Source of the DNA: Octopus vulgaris
Taxonomy: Eukaryota
Direction: 5' to 3'
Assembly: GCA_951406725.2 (NCBI GenBank)
Contig: OX597821.1
Coordinates: 12,648,001-12,712,000, forward strand
Length of the DNA: 64,000 bases
The position numbers were made by a program, and so were the translations under genes. Of the stretch, positions 1-13,737 are shown one piece after another. The notes under the pieces were generated by a model. That model was not told the origin of the DNA. It was given only the letters and a program-made list of their open reading frames with translations, and did not search any database. How positions within the stretch are numbered: the stretch's first letter is position 1; each line of letters starts with the position of its first letter.

Positions 1-569
1 TTGGTAAATATTTGTCCAGAATAAGTTTACTCAGTTTGCCTAAGTCAGATTTGGGAGGGGAAATCAATCTGAGCTGCGTGTTACCAAGAAAGTTTTCTTT
101 ATGGTCCTTGAGTGTGATTCTCGGTCTAGTGGGGGTATAAGGTCCAGCTTTTTCTTTCAGGTAATATTCCAACATTTTTCTCTAATCTCAAGGTTTAGTT
201 TCCTAAGTGTGTTAAAAGGTACAATTTTATATTTTTAGTAATTTCTTTGTGTAGTAATTCATGGTGTGTAGGGGTGTCAATATTATAAATGTTACTGGTT
301 TTGTCAGAATGGGTTAGAATGCCGTTCTTACCCTTAAAAGTTCTTAATAGTTCTTTTAACTTTCTTTGGTACGGGTTATACCTCAATGGGTGATTTTTAA
401 ATTTGATGTTTTTGATAGTCTCCCATAGTTCCTGTTCAAAGTTATCTAGATGTTTATTTGGAGGAGGAGATTTCCTAGATTTAAATGTGGTGCCGGTTAG
501 TTTGATTATTTCCTCATAGGTACTTCCTGTTCCATTACGGTTAGTTTCTCCAGTATGTTGTTGGTTCAT
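1..569 (-). pseudogene. Penelope-like element reverse transcriptase, N-terminal fragment (frameshifted, runs off window start)
   Basis: ORF 195..569 contains FKSRKSPP..LDNFEQEL..IKNIKF..YQRKL..SDKTSNIY (PLE DKG/DKT-type motif). Bases 1-190 read on the minus strand give ITLKDHKENF..LRLISPPKSDLGKLSKLILDKY, typical of PLE RT motifs 1-2. Confidence 0.8.
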
Positions 570-939
570 TTTTTTGTTGTATGTGCAATCGGTTGGGTTC
601 CTCTGTTTTCCATGTGTATAGTTGCGATTATACCTCTTATATTATTTATTTATTTATTTATGATGTGGCTGTGTATGTGGCTATGTATGTGTGTATGTGT
701 GTGGGTGTATGTGTGTGTGTATACATATAACTGTGTATGTATGTGCGCACGATCTGTGGATGTGCGTGTGCGTATGTGCGTTTCTTGGCTAACTAACCGT
801 AAAATTTCCATTGTGATTCAAATTTAAAACTATAAGCCAATCGAATCTATCTAGGAAAATCAATATCAAGCGGACAGATGAATTCGACTTATGGAGTATA
901 TATGTGGATGTCCGCTTGCTTTACATGGTACAATCATGG

Positions 940-1019
<80 letters not shown>

Positions 1020-1777
1020 AATATTAATATTAATTTTATTGACTTATTGTGTGGTTATAAATTTTAATGAACTGGACTGTTAAATATATATGTCTGCTTT
1101 AAATTTAAATGTGAGTGTACATGTATTTCCTTGATGTTGGTTATAGAACTATGAGTTCAATATGGTAAATAATTGTGTTTGTTAATGTATACTGATATAT
1201 ATTGTTTATATTGTATTAATGTGTATATATATATGTGTAGAATTATGAGTGTCTATGCACACATTTTTATATTTTTATATTTTTATATTTATATGTAAAT
1301 TTTTTTCATACTTACATTAAATTCTCTGAAGAGGCCGTGAGACATTCTTGTTAATGTCTCATTTATACCTGCTTTATATGGCTAATAGGTTAAATGGGAC
1401 ATATCTGTCTTCACGGCCGAAACAGCTGTCAGCTACGATGTAATTGTATTTTCTATTTCTATTTCTATGTCTAGTTATATTTGTAATATATTATGTATAA
1501 TGTCATTGATGTTGTGTAATGGTTTAATAAAGTATTGATTGGGTATTATCTGATGGTTGATGATTGATTTAGGTATGTTTCTCCATTTTCTCATTTTGTA
1601 TTATTAATTTACGGTAATAATTTTACCCATGCCCACATAATACAGTGGATGAATTAATTGCACCGCAATTTTTAACATTTATGTATTAGTTTTGTTGGGT
1701 ACCTCTCTAGCAGTATATTGGATATATGTTATCCTATGGAGGGTTGAATTTACAACCCCTATCTCATTTTATAACTG

Positions 1778-1779
<2 letters not shown>
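570..1779. mobile_element. PLE pLTR/UTR-like non-coding region carrying a hammerhead, ending at a (TA)n tract
   Basis: It is contiguous with the PLE RT fragment, contains the HHR motif at 1326-1430, and terminates at a (TA)n run at ~1780. Confidence 0.55.
1312..1443 (+). ncRNA. Type I hammerhead ribozyme with extended stem II
   Basis: CTGAAGA 1326-1332; stem II GGCCGTGA (1333-1340) / TCACGGCC (1411-1418); GAAAC 1419-1423; palindromic loop AGCT; cleavage triplet GTC 1428-1430; stem I CT/AG plus distal TTACAT/ATGTAA. Confidence 0.8.
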
Positions 1780-1826
<47 letters not shown>

Positions 1827-1898
1827 CAAACCACAGAATACTATTCCGCTACACGAAGCAGATCGTATTCCATTAAAGAGTTTTTGTTGTAAGCTATC

Positions 1899-1931
<33 letters not shown>

Positions 1932-2517
1932 ATTTAAAACATTTAGCTATATAGTAGTGTAAGCATGTTTTACGCCTGTGTGTATATCGCGATATATGTA
2001 GGTGGAGTGTATTGAACATGTACACCAAAATACCTGAATCGTACATTCATGTTGCATAGAAAAGTATTTTAAATTTTTACAGCTTATTTATAGCACATAT
2101 TCCCATAAACGGCTAAATTCGTGATCTTGTATGTCGCTAAATAAAGGAATATGCAAGTGCAAAGACAGAGAAGAGAGCAAGAGAATTTTACTTTTGAAGT
2201 CACGTGATCTTTCTAGCAGCATACACAAAGCGAGTTAAAGTATGTTGATGGTGGTGTATTATGTAAGTAGGCCATCTTGAATCCGCCTCTTTAAAGACTT
2301 AATAGAATCGAGAATATTGCAGAAATAAATTCAAAGAAAATCATTTTTATTTTATGTAACAATTTTCATTTGTATGAATTTGCAACTTGAATCTGCTGCA
2401 AAATAGACTCAGTACAATATATATGTATGTACGTGGTTGTGTATATGTATGTGTATACATATATACATAGATATGTGGGTGTGTATGTATGCATATATAC
2501 ACATACATATATGTACG

Positions 2518-2555
<38 letters not shown>

Positions 2556-2915
2556 TATACGTGTATATATACACTTAAATGTATGTATATAATGTACATA
2601 TACATGTGTGTATATACATTACATGTATGTTTATATAGTATGCATATAAATATATATACGTGTGTGTGTGCGTATATATACATGCATGTATGCACATATG
2701 TATGCTTGTAAGTTGTACACGAGCTCATGTATAAAGGTAGGCAGGAGCCCACTTTCTCCCATACTATCACAGCCTCACGCACGCACGTGCACACACAAAC
2801 ACACACACATACACAAGTTCGTGAACCCAACTGCACACATATTCAGATAAATATATAACTTATTTCACTCATATTTAAAATTCCGCCTTCTTTAAAATTC
2901 TTACAAATCCGAAGT

Positions 2916-3119
2916 TACTTCTTTACTTGTTTCAGTCATTTGACTGCGGCCATGCTGGACCACCACCTTTAATCGAGCAACTCGACCCCGGGACTTATTC
3001 TTTGTAAGCCCAGTACTTATTCTATCGGTCTCTTTTTGCCGAACCGCTAAGTAACGGGGACGTAAACACACAAGCATCGGTTGTCAAGCAATGCTAGGGA
3101 GACAAACACAGACACACAA

Positions 3120-3204
<85 letters not shown>

Positions 3205-3363
3205 GACAGGCTTCTTTCAGTTTCCGTCTACCAAATCCACTCACAAGGCATTGGTCGGCCCAAGGCTATAGTAGTAGACACTTGCCCAACGTGCTACGCA
3301 GTGGGACTGAACCCGGAACCATGTGGTTGGTTAGCAAGCTACTTACCACACAGCCACTCCTGC
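2916..3363 (-). mobile_element. tRNA-derived SINE family A (internal (TA)/(CA) microsatellite)
   Basis: Reverse complement of the copies at 40596-41013 and 41261-41588. It has an A-box-like TGGCTGTGTGG, a B-box-like GGTTCAGTCC and a GAAACAAGTAAA tail. Confidence 0.9.
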
Positions 3364-3504
3364 ATTAAAAATTTTCATTTACAACTGTTTTTTTTTTTTC
3401 AATATCTGAACAGTTATATTTACGTCTTCATTCCGAAATGGTCCCTTCTACTTCATGCTGGAAACATTTCCAAATCACCTTTCATTTAATATCTAATAAT
3501 TGCA

Positions 3505-3673
3505 ATAATAATAATAATTATTATTGTTGTTGTTAGTATTATTATTATTATTATTATTGTTATTATTATTATTATTATTATCATTATAATTATTATCATT
3601 ATTATCATTATTATTATTATCATCATCATCATCATCATTATCATCATCATCATCATCATCATCATCATAATAA

Positions 3674-3725
<52 letters not shown>

Positions 3726-3852
3726 CATTATTATTGTTATTATTATTATTATTATTATCATTATAATTATTATCATTATTATCATTATTATTATTATCAT
3801 CATCATCATCATCATTATCATCATCATCATCATCATCATCATCATAATAATC

Positions 3853-3947
<95 letters not shown>
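3505..3947. repeat. Compound (TTA)/(TCA) microsatellite with an internal ~180-bp block duplication
   Basis: The same succession of variant triplets occurs at ~3545-3675 and ~3725-3855. Confidence 0.9.
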
Positions 3948-3949
<2 letters not shown>

Positions 3950-4059
3950 TCGCCGCGGAAGACATCGAACGTGTTTTCGAACTCTCCAAGTAAATTCAGT
4001 TTAAACAGGTTTGGTGTCTTTGGCAATAATTATTTTATTGCAAGTTGTAAATAGAAACA

Positions 4060-5675
4060 CTAGGAACCTAGGTTTTTAGAGCTGAGTAGCCCTCAGGGGG
4101 ACGATTTTAAGCCCACCAAATAAATTCAGTGGGCGTTAACATTTAATGGAATCAATACAACCTAACAAGATGGTGGATCGTCTCTTCAAAGATTTGAGGA
4201 AAAATAAAACAAACCCTCCTACCAATATGAACAGATGAAGACTCCCCTCCCCTTCCCTCTGTCCCCGGCAACACTACAGGGGAAAGGGAGGAGGAGAGGA
4301 ACAAGGTTGTCATCGTACAAAGTACAACGAACAGGAACAATAATAATAGCAGAAACGCTAAAAGAGGTGGAAATGACAAGAGTAGCAGCCGCAACATTGA
4401 GATCAGCCGGAGCTGTAGTAGTAGTAGTAGTGAGAACAGCAACAATCACGAAAAAGAAAGCAACAGTTGTGGCAATAGTGATAGCAACAAATATAACAAG
4501 AACAACGCTAGCAGAAGTGACGACAGCAACAACAACAAAACCAATACCAACAACGTCGATAAGAACAACAACAACGGCAGTAGCAGTAGCAGCAAGTGGC
4601 AACAACAAAAACAACAAGGAAAACAATACAAATGAAATTATCAAAAATAGTTTTGCAGCATCAGCTGCAGCCAATGCCAAACGAATGGGGAGCAGATGCT
4701 CCCAAAGGCATGGAAACTAATTAAACAAGAGAACAATTGGACAAATCTGAGAATCCCAACAGAGGCAATTGAAGAAGTGAAGAGAATAACGGTGCTATTC
4801 AGATGCATCTCAGCAGACACACAAAGAGCAGCTTTGATAGCCCAAGAAGATATGGAGGCGGCGCTGATGTGCATGAGAAATGACATCGAATACATAACGA
4901 GGAGCAAATAATATGGTACCCTTTCGATGCTGTTTAAATCAGAAGCCCTCGCTGTGAAACATTCAATGACCCCTTGCAAAACCAGCATGGATAAACGTAC
5001 AGCCTGTGTCCGCATTCCTAGAATGCGTAATTGTAGAGGGGACTGATACTGTCCCTATAGAAGCGACAAGAACTGCTAGGGAGGACTGGTCAAGGGTTAA
5101 CCTGGAGATACTCCACCAGATCAGAAACGAAAACAAAAAAAAATATCCCGGACCACATCCGTCTCCAGAACGGGCCGGTGATACATATCATGACTGAACA
5201 CAAAAGGACTCATTGTTTCAGGTGAGGAGAAACGATTCGTTTGGCTGCTCGCAGCCGCCTACGTCCTCCACTGCTGCCTACGCCAGGACTAAAACCACAA
5301 ACATCACTAGCACCGGCGGAACAATCAGCAACAACACCAAAGACATTAACCACTCTCGGGAGAAACAAAGACATTTCTCGCACCACACCCACACCAAACG
5401 AAAATACACACACTAACAAGATTAATAACAGACACACACACTTACAGCAGCAGAACCTTCAACTTCCAGTAGTGAAGAGAAACAAGAAGGTTGCATTGTC
5501 AGAGCTAAGAGGCGTGCTTTAAGAAAAGAGGAGATCAATGCTGTTTGATGGGCCTGCGTAGCGGAGATGCAATGTCGTAACGAAAACCCAATTTGGTCTT
5601 TGCCGGAACGAGACGGAGCGATTCCAGACATATGATGTGTGAGGCCTTTCGCCAGCACTTTGCTCGGTTGTTCTT
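4060..5675 (+). mobile_element. Degenerate L1/Tx1-like LINE remnant (ORF1 part plus a piece of ORF2 linker)
   Basis: A/C-rich coding-like strand. ORF1-like peptide RITVLFRCIS..EDMEAALMCMRNDIEYITRSK; decayed knuckle HCFR*GE at ~5211; ORF2-like GCIVRAKRRAL and MCEAFRQHFARLF at 5490-5675. Family assignment is from recalled similarity. Confidence 0.5.
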
Positions 5676-5699
5676 AGACTTGCATGCGTAGTGAGCTTA

Positions 5700-7085
5700 C
5701 TGCCTGACGTTTATGGTACCATACTATGTGTTCTTTTTAACTATCTAATACTTTCCTGTTTATTTTAGCCGTGCCAAGCTGTCAAATCTTTTGTAACAGT
5801 TTTGCTGAGCACTCTATTCCGATTCCTTTTACATTTCTTTTGATGATCTCTGATACTGACCCCAAGGAACCAACAATATTTATCACTATCCTTACCATCT
5901 GAAGTTTCCATAGCCGGGCTATTTCGTACTGAAGAGGATTGTATATAACTATTTTTCACCTTCTTGATTATTCGTAGGTAAAAGGGGTACGCAATATCAG
6001 CTATATAGCCCATGTTGTGCATCACTGTGTCTGGTCGTTTATGCTCTCACACCTCATCTGTTTGGATTCAGATATCCCAGGCGATTTTGCAGGTCTCCGA
6101 CTCCGCCAACTCTCTATGGACAATGGTTTCGCCCACATATTTGCAGACACGGCACAATGCTCATTCCGAAAGTTGACCTTCCAATTCGTGGCAAAAGCTT
6201 GGTTTTGCTTTCCCAGTTTCTTTTTTCTGTTTTCTTCGTCTTACTCTCAGTTTCTGTATTCAGTGTTCCTTTCTTCAGCCAATCCAACTTGTATTTTCCA
6301 GCAACTTCAGCTGTGGCTACATTTTTGTACTTTTTCCTTGGTTTTTCCTCTTTTTCCTCTCTGCTTTCAATATTTCCTCATTCCTCATTGACACTGATAA
6401 GATCTCTACTTTGGGGTAGGTATCTCATTAAGCACCCGAGTTGGATACGTAAGTAATCTTCCACACTTACTAGTCCCCTTCAGCCATTTTCTCTATTCAT
6501 GTATAGGTAATCATTAACGTCCTTAGGAGCTTTCTTGTCATTCTATGCAACTCCTTTGGTTAGGCCTCTTCTCCCTTCAAGATTCCAGCACTATACCGAA
6601 CTACTGCGACTTTGCGCGATATTATTTCCAAGATTATGTTTCTGGCATTCAGCTTTGAACCAAATATTTTTCTCACTCACCCCAGGTGCACTTTCTTTGT
6701 CTTTTCTTTCATTTCATTGACTTTAATTCCATCTGCCTTAAGTATTCCCCGGTATTAATAACTGGATTCGGGTTCAATTGTCTTCATCATTTCGCCACTC
6801 GGCATACATATGCCACCTGTACTGACAAACGTTCCATATCTCATCACCATCGTATCAGATTTTGAGTGTTGAAACGCCATGATGATATCATTCTAGAAAT
6901 CTGCACAGTTGGACCTGGTTGTCTAATTCTGCTTCACTGTTTGTGAACAACTTCAAGTCGTCCATGAATAGCAAGTAGTTCCGTTTCCAGTCTTTCACTC
7001 AAGGGTATCATTTCCAGGACAGAAATCAGTGGGGATACACTGTCCCCTCGGGCGATTCATCTCTTGATTTTCATTTCACATAACA
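5700..7085 (-). mobile_element. Degenerate RLE-type (R4/Dong-like) non-LTR retrotransposon, RT to C-terminus
   Basis: The minus strand reads IARGDSVSPL (QGDSLSP motif) near 7030-7060 and LLFMDDLKLF at ~6948-6977. Many stops and frameshifts. Confidence 0.7.
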
Positions 7086-8245
7086 CCTAATTCTCTGTTG
7101 TCAATTTGTTACCCTCCTCCTCCTCCTCATCATCATCATCATCAGTATTAGTAGCAGCAACAGCATCAGTAGTCGTAGTACTTCTTACTAATATCGTTGT
7201 TGTTAAGGCGACGAACTGCTTAACGGCATTTTCGTGCGTCTTTATGGTCATTGCCAAATTCGCCGAGGTTGACAGTGCGATAAAAATTGATAAATGTCCA
7301 GAAATACAGAAACTAAAAATGTTCTCATTCGATGACTTATGTGCAAAAAAAGGTAGCATTAACAGGTTGCACTTATAAGAAGCAAACAATAAAGTAATAT
7401 TATACAATGTGGACAACTGAGTCACCTTCGTACTCTAGTCAATATTTTTCTCTAATGAATAGACTTAGGCTGAAAGCAAACAATTATCGATGAAGTATAT
7501 ACTATAATAAAATTAGTCCATATAAATGATGAAAGAGAAGAAAACAAATATCATATTTGCATAATATAGTTGATAACCACAATCAAATTATCATGCAAGC
7601 CACAATTCTTTGTATAACATCTAATTTTATGATCCAGTAATAAATAACTATTTTGAGTAAGGTTAAGAGCAAAGCATATAACTCTCGGTAAACCGCGTCT
7701 CTAAGTCTGTTTCATTTCTCGATTGAAACTAATTGACTTCAGTGACGCGGCTAATGACCTCAAGAAAGTCAATAGATTGCATAATCGAATTTCCTCCTGT
7801 ATTTAACTGCGGTATTGTACGTAATCAAGAATAGAAACCACTCCAAATAAAACCAGAGAAATCAAATATCTCTGAAGTGGTAAATCTACAATCAGTGCAC
7901 CAGAACAGCAATAATATATATTCAAAAGAATTTAAATCAGACGAAACAACTATCTATGTTTAAACTTGACCAAACAGTCCATTAATACATCATTGTGCAT
8001 ATCAATTAGAGATGGAGCAAATGGTTACTTGGAAATTCAAGCGGGTGAGATATGTTTCACATATAGACATGAATATGTGCCTGTGTGTGTGTATGTGTAC
8101 GTGTTTGTGTGTTTCTGTGAGCAAGTGTATATGTCTTTATTCATAAGTATGTATGATTATGCTTCAATCAACTTAAATTTACAAATAAAATGCACATAAA
8201 CTCACGCATACACACATACGCATAAATACGTAGGTATAATTATGT

Positions 8246-8330
<85 letters not shown>

Positions 8331-8719
8331 TATATATAATGCATGTATATATATGTATCTCTCTTTCTCTTACTCTCTCTGTATGTATAAGTGTGTGTAT
8401 AAGGGAATGTGTGTATATGTGTATAAACGTATCTTGGTATGTACGTATGTATGCGCTTATATCTTTTAAAGAGACTTATACAAACGGCACGCACTACATT
8501 TTAATTAGATATCAGGCTTTTATCCACCAGGACTAATTAAGTGAATCGATGCTATTATTATTGTCTTCTTGGATGAAAGAATCAAACGTAAAATTTGAAC
8601 TTCAAGTATATCACACACATAAGCAGACACAAAAATTTACTCTATAATAATTACAAGAACGTCCAAATGACATCATAGTTATTCGAAATGATTTGCATAT
8701 TCCGCAGTAAACAGTTATA

Positions 8720-9115
8720 TCTTTATATATAAAATTATGGTTGTGTGCTGTCTGTCTCCTACGATTTAGATTCCTAACTACTCCCACATTTTGCGGTGCA
8801 GTTTAACCAAAACCGGGTATCTTATAGTCGTTATTCATATCGAGCCCTTCTGGGTATTAGCGCGCGTCTACGATGAGTCTACGATTTTAAAAAAAATTAC
8901 CATCAATTTTTCCCATTTTTAAAGCATTTTTGGCATATATAAGAGAAGTAACTCTCTAAAAATTTATTATTAAATCTCAGAACGTAAAAAGCTACAGTAA
9001 CACCCCCCCCTTTGCGGTTAGCCATATTGAGGTGGCTATTTTACTTTACATCTCTAAAAGTGCTTATATAGTTATTTCCCTTACAAACCCGAGCAACGCC
9101 GGGCGATACTGCTAG
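8720..9115 (+). mobile_element. Non-autonomous Helitron (~396 bp)
   Basis: Starts A|TC at 8720, has a subterminal hairpin CCCG AGCAACGC CGGG (9088-9103), and ends CTAG|T at 9115 with no TSD. A second copy is at 39004. Confidence 0.8.
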
Positions 9116-9329
9116 TATTATATAAAGAATGAAGGTGAATTAGCAAAGACGTATTGAGCCTATTTCGAATAGCCTATCTTATAATTCATTTTATCTACCA
9201 CTATGCAATAGAAAGGGGGAATTTATATGTCATGGCATTCTTTTCAAAACCAGAATCCTTATATGTGAATAAATATATACAAATATAGTGGCTGCTTTCT
9301 CGTAAACGACTAAAGTCATGGCTACTAAG

Positions 9330-9775
9330 AATCATTGAAATGAGTTATTGATGGTGCATTGTGAGTTCTTCGTAAGACACTTGATTCCGGTAAAAGATTT
9401 GCACATTCTATTGCATAATGCACAGCTGCGCTGGTTGGCAGAGGGAACAGGTGCCACTGTATACAGTCTTTTGACATGCTTTTTCAATCCCCCGACTGAA
9501 AGGTACACCTTTCCACAAATTGCATATGTTCTGCTGTGAGTAATAACCGTATTACAATTTACAAGAGTTTGAATTTTGAGTCCTCCGGTGGCTGATCGGG
9601 CTTGCATTGCTTAAGCATGTACTCTCTCAAATCATGCCCCAAAAAGCAACACTCCCACATTCTCCACTGGTTCATTCCTTCTAAACCTTCTCTTGATCTT
9701 CTCGTGGTTCATTTTCTGTCTTTCAAACTTCGAACACTCACCCTGTACTCTTTTCCTCCATCCATTTCGTTGTTG
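9330..9775 (-). mobile_element. 3' end of an RTE-like LINE ORF with C2H2-type zinc fingers
   Basis: RNGWRKRVQGECSKFERQKMNHEKIKRRFRR resembles the RTE C-terminus. It is followed by AICGKVYLSVGGLKKHVK and CALCNRMCKSFTGIKC. Confidence 0.5.
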
Positions 9776-10869
9776 TGCTTCCCTCTCCCAATAAATAAAA
9801 GAGAGAAATAGACCCATCTTGCATCGTTGCCTCGCGGATGATATATTATGCAACGGGGTATGATGCAGCCATACGTATAGACGTGTCTCGTCAGGTGACT
9901 TTTGAAAAGGAACCCCACTCAATAACATTGTTCGATGATACAGCTTGTTATCTTCCTGTAGAAGTTTGCCTATTAGATTCCTGGTTTCAAAAGATTTGTA
10001 ATTGAAACAGTTAACATTTTATATATACACATATAGTCAGTGGTAAATAAATGACAAAAATGAAAGAATAAGAGAAAGATTATTTTAATAAGTATACGGG
10101 AGTTGACATATATACGCCTATATAAACGCGCATTCATAGACCCAAGGTCGTCGTGAACGAACAGACACGTCGCAGTTACCGAAAATGTGCGTGTGTATGT
10201 GTGTGGGTGCATGCGAGTGTGTGTCGTGTGGTTGTGTGTGTGTGTGCGCGTGAGAGTGTGCGTGTGCGTACGAGTGTCTGTTAGTATATATAAGCATGTA
10301 TGTATGTGTGTTAATTATCAACATTTAAATTCCTGAGACCAAATTTTGTTGAGGTCGATTTTGCCTTTCACCCTCGATTGATACTTACCAATCAATAACT
10401 CTGTTCGATACAATTTTCTACCATCAAAATACTAGTCTTGTACTAATTTAGTGAATCATATGAAGTAGGCTTTCTTTTATCTTATGTCGTTGTTCAAGAA
10501 CACAACCATATCTTCATTGCGGCATCATGCTTTGACGATATCCAGAAAGGTGTTTTCTAACGTAGGATTCTTTGCGAGCAACCTGCTTGTTCAGTAATAC
10601 GGAACCTACGGAGTACCTAAGAAATATAGAGAATCGTTATATCATTAGAGTGTGTGATTCGTGAAAAGCACGCGTTATCGCTTCAGGTGTGAACCTTCTA
10701 TGAGGCTTTATTCTCATGTTACTGACTTGTAAATGGTAATTCGCTTTTGTAGTCATTTGGCACACTTTAGAAGCGCTTGGTGGTGGTGGTCATAGCTCAG
10801 ATTCATTGCTTATACAAAGTGATAATTATTTATGTTTCTTCAATCTCTTTCATTAACAGTATTGGTGAA

Positions 10870-11770
10870 TAGTCGACGGCGTTGGAGATCATAACGATTA
10901 ATGTTGTTCTGGAGAAAAAGGTAGCTGTCATGGAGTACCGGAATCCCACCTGAGCGATACGCTCAGGTGCAAAATTGCGATAACACGAATGACTACTGGT
11001 CATTGAGCTGTACAGGGACAAACTTTATGTTTGACTCTCGTAGCTGCCATATCTTCACGATCTCAATTCTCAGGACTCCATACTTAGTAATCTTTTCTCT
11101 TTCTTGATATGTTGATCTCCTGGCACTACCACATCGACTATTAAGCACTCTTGTTTGTCCATCCTAAATGTTACTATAACCGGCCTTCGGTGCTCTAACA
11201 ACTTGTCTGTCTGGAAGTCAAAGTCCCAGAGTATTTTTGCCTTTCCCTTTCAGAGTACTACATTTTCTGGTGTATATTGGTGCCAAGCACACGTTACCTC
11301 GTATCCATATTTCAGGCATAGTAGCCAGCGAATATTTTGCGCTACATTATCGTGTTTGCAATATTTCTACTTAAAACATTTACAAGCACTATCAATGTGA
11401 GTCACGCTTTCGACCCTCTTCCCATACATTCTGCAGAGATTCGTTGCACTTGTGTCGTTTATATTTCTTTTCCCTGAGTTGGTATCCATTGCCTGATCTT
11501 GGGCAGCGATGATTAGACTTTCAGTATTCTTTTCTAAATCCCGCATGCTAGCTCATCGAGGATTCCTGTTCTTTTAAGTTGTTAATGGAACTGACCACGT
11601 AATTCCATGCAGAGTAGAATTTCTTCTCTCTTGATGGGTATACGTGATCGGAATTCATGAGCACTCTCAAATCCATTTTTGAAAGATCCTTCTGCATTAG
11701 CAGCATACTGTTGCAGATCTTGTTTGCTGTTTACCAAGTATTCTGCCGTATTTCTTCTTTCAATGTTGAT
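10870..11770 (-). mobile_element. R4/Dong-like RLE retrotransposon fragment (CCHC plus RLE endonuclease)
   Basis: The minus strand reads LIIAAQDQA, LCRMYG..VES..H, HDNVAQNIRW, KILWDFDFQTDKLLEHRRP and CLIVDVVVPGD, with stops. Confidence 0.75.
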
Positions 11771-11774
11771 GCAC

Positions 11775-12095
11775 TCCCTTATGCTAATCAGCTCTTGCTT
11801 TAAGATGGCACATCTTTTGTATTTCTATTTCCAGGTCCTTATATTTACTTAATTTGCCAAATTCCTTTACAGATATGCTTTCATCAGTAGGAACGCTTAC
11901 ATCTATTAGTCTATGAGTATTTTCTTCTCTGTCTTTAATGACGATGTCTGATCGTTTAGCCTGAGTCATTCTGTCGGTGCTGACTGGAAAATTCCAGAGG
12001 ATAGTGATATTTACCTTGAACGACTGGTTCAGGATGATGCTCATACCAGTAAGTAGGAGTGCTGATTTGGTAGTGTTTACATATTTACCATTATA
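11775..12095 (-). mobile_element. Second R4/Dong-like RLE endonuclease fragment
   Basis: ORF 11784..12044 reads TILWNFPVSTDRMTQAKRSDIVIKD..LIDVSVP..KLSKYKDLEIEIQKM, homologous to ORF 51231..51617. It abuts (TAA)n. Confidence 0.8.
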
Positions 12096-12151
12096 AATAT
12101 TATCCTACTCTATTATTATTATTATTATTATGATTATCATTATTATTATTA

Positions 12152-12256
<105 letters not shown>

Positions 12257-12438
12257 TTAGTATCATTATTATTATTATGATACACACAAGAAAAATTCTC
12301 AACATCGGGCTACAAGTAAACTTAGATGCTAAGAACCCTCCTAAGTATCCTAGTAGTCCCTAATAGCAGTGTTTTCTAGAGCAGCGCTAAACTGGTCCTT
12401 ATGCCTATTTCCTGTACCTGTCTGTTCAAATCACTGGC

Positions 12439-12511
<73 letters not shown>

Positions 12512-12536
12512 TATTATTATTATTATTATTTTATTA

Positions 12537-12730
12537 GTCTTCAAGAGACAACAGGGTTGTAGTTCATGTTGTTGTTATGCTAGTGTGCCATATATTTGGG
12601 GTGGGGATGTTGTACTAATGAATGTCTAAAAAAAAAAAAAAGGTTTTTTTTTTTTTTTTTAAACCGAAAATTATGTTTGTTTTAAACCTTGGATTACATA
12701 AGTATTTTGCGTAGGATATGAGCAGCACTA

Positions 12731-12732
<2 letters not shown>
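12537..12732 (-). mobile_element. 3' end/3'UTR of R4/Dong-like element
   Basis: Reverse complement of ~52200-52420, flanked by (TAA)n on both sides. Confidence 0.85.
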
Positions 12733-12770
<38 letters not shown>

Positions 12771-12771
<1 letters not shown>

Positions 12772-13250
12772 GAGTCAGTGCATGCCATCAAAGTGACCCT
12801 GGGGTAAAATATACGAAGCCCAATATACCCATCATGACTACCCGTCTGATAAGGGTACACCAGGCGCATGCGTCACAACCATATGTGAGCGACATGGGGA
12901 TCTCATATCAAGATAAACAGCACATGACCTTGCAGGTGGGGCCCAGTTAGAATTTTCTTCAGGTTGAGTAACCCATCCCGCTCAAAAGGTCCCTGAATAA
13001 GGGTTGTTTAAGGATGTTGAAAGAACCACCCATGTTTCCAGAGGTGAATTATTCAAACCCCAAAGAATCCCTCTCAACACATGGCTATGATGCTCCCCCA
13101 CTACCTCTGCTCCTGATCAGAGATGCACATATCGTCAGCCACTAGGGGACATGCTCAACTGAAGGTCAAACAACTGACAAGCAAATCTGTGGTATTGAGC
13201 AGAATATTTGCTGTAGCCCATCTTTTATACCAAGACAAAACAATGTACAT
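12771..13250 (-). mobile_element. 5'-truncated copy of the ~555-bp (TAA)n-associated non-coding element
   Basis: Reverse complement of ~52568-53055, with the same 3' end running into (TAA)n. Confidence 0.85.
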
Positions 13251-13578
13251 ATTATTAATATTATTATTATTGTTGTTGTTGTTGTTGTTGTTGTCGTTGT
13301 TGTCGTTGTTGTTGTTGTTGTTGTTGTTGTTGTTGCTGTGGGGTTTGTTGTTGTTGTTGCCAGAGTTATTAGAATCGTCAGCACGATGGACAAAATGGTT
13401 GCCTCTATTTCTCATGGCTTTTAACGAACTGAATTCAAATACTGTCGATATTCGACTTTCCCTATCATCCTATTGGTGTTCGATAAATTAAATAAGAGTT
13501 GAGCACTGAGATTGGTGCAATCGACATCTTTCCTCTCCTCCAAACTACTGGTCTTTCTTCTGCCAAAATGAGAGAGGT

Positions 13579-13579
<1 letters not shown>

Positions 13580-13610
<31 letters not shown>

Positions 13611-13641
13611 GTTATTGTTATTAGTATTATTATTATTATTA

Positions 13642-13724
<83 letters not shown>

Positions 13725-13737
13725 GTTATTATTATTA

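Noticed and set aside
3486-4026. Long poly-I/poly-N/poly-L/poly-Y ORFs here and at 12.1, 13.5, 25.1, 50.7-52.2 and 56.2 kb
   Set aside because: They are translations of (TAA)n microsatellites. The YI/CV/HT repeat ORFs likewise come from dinucleotide repeats.
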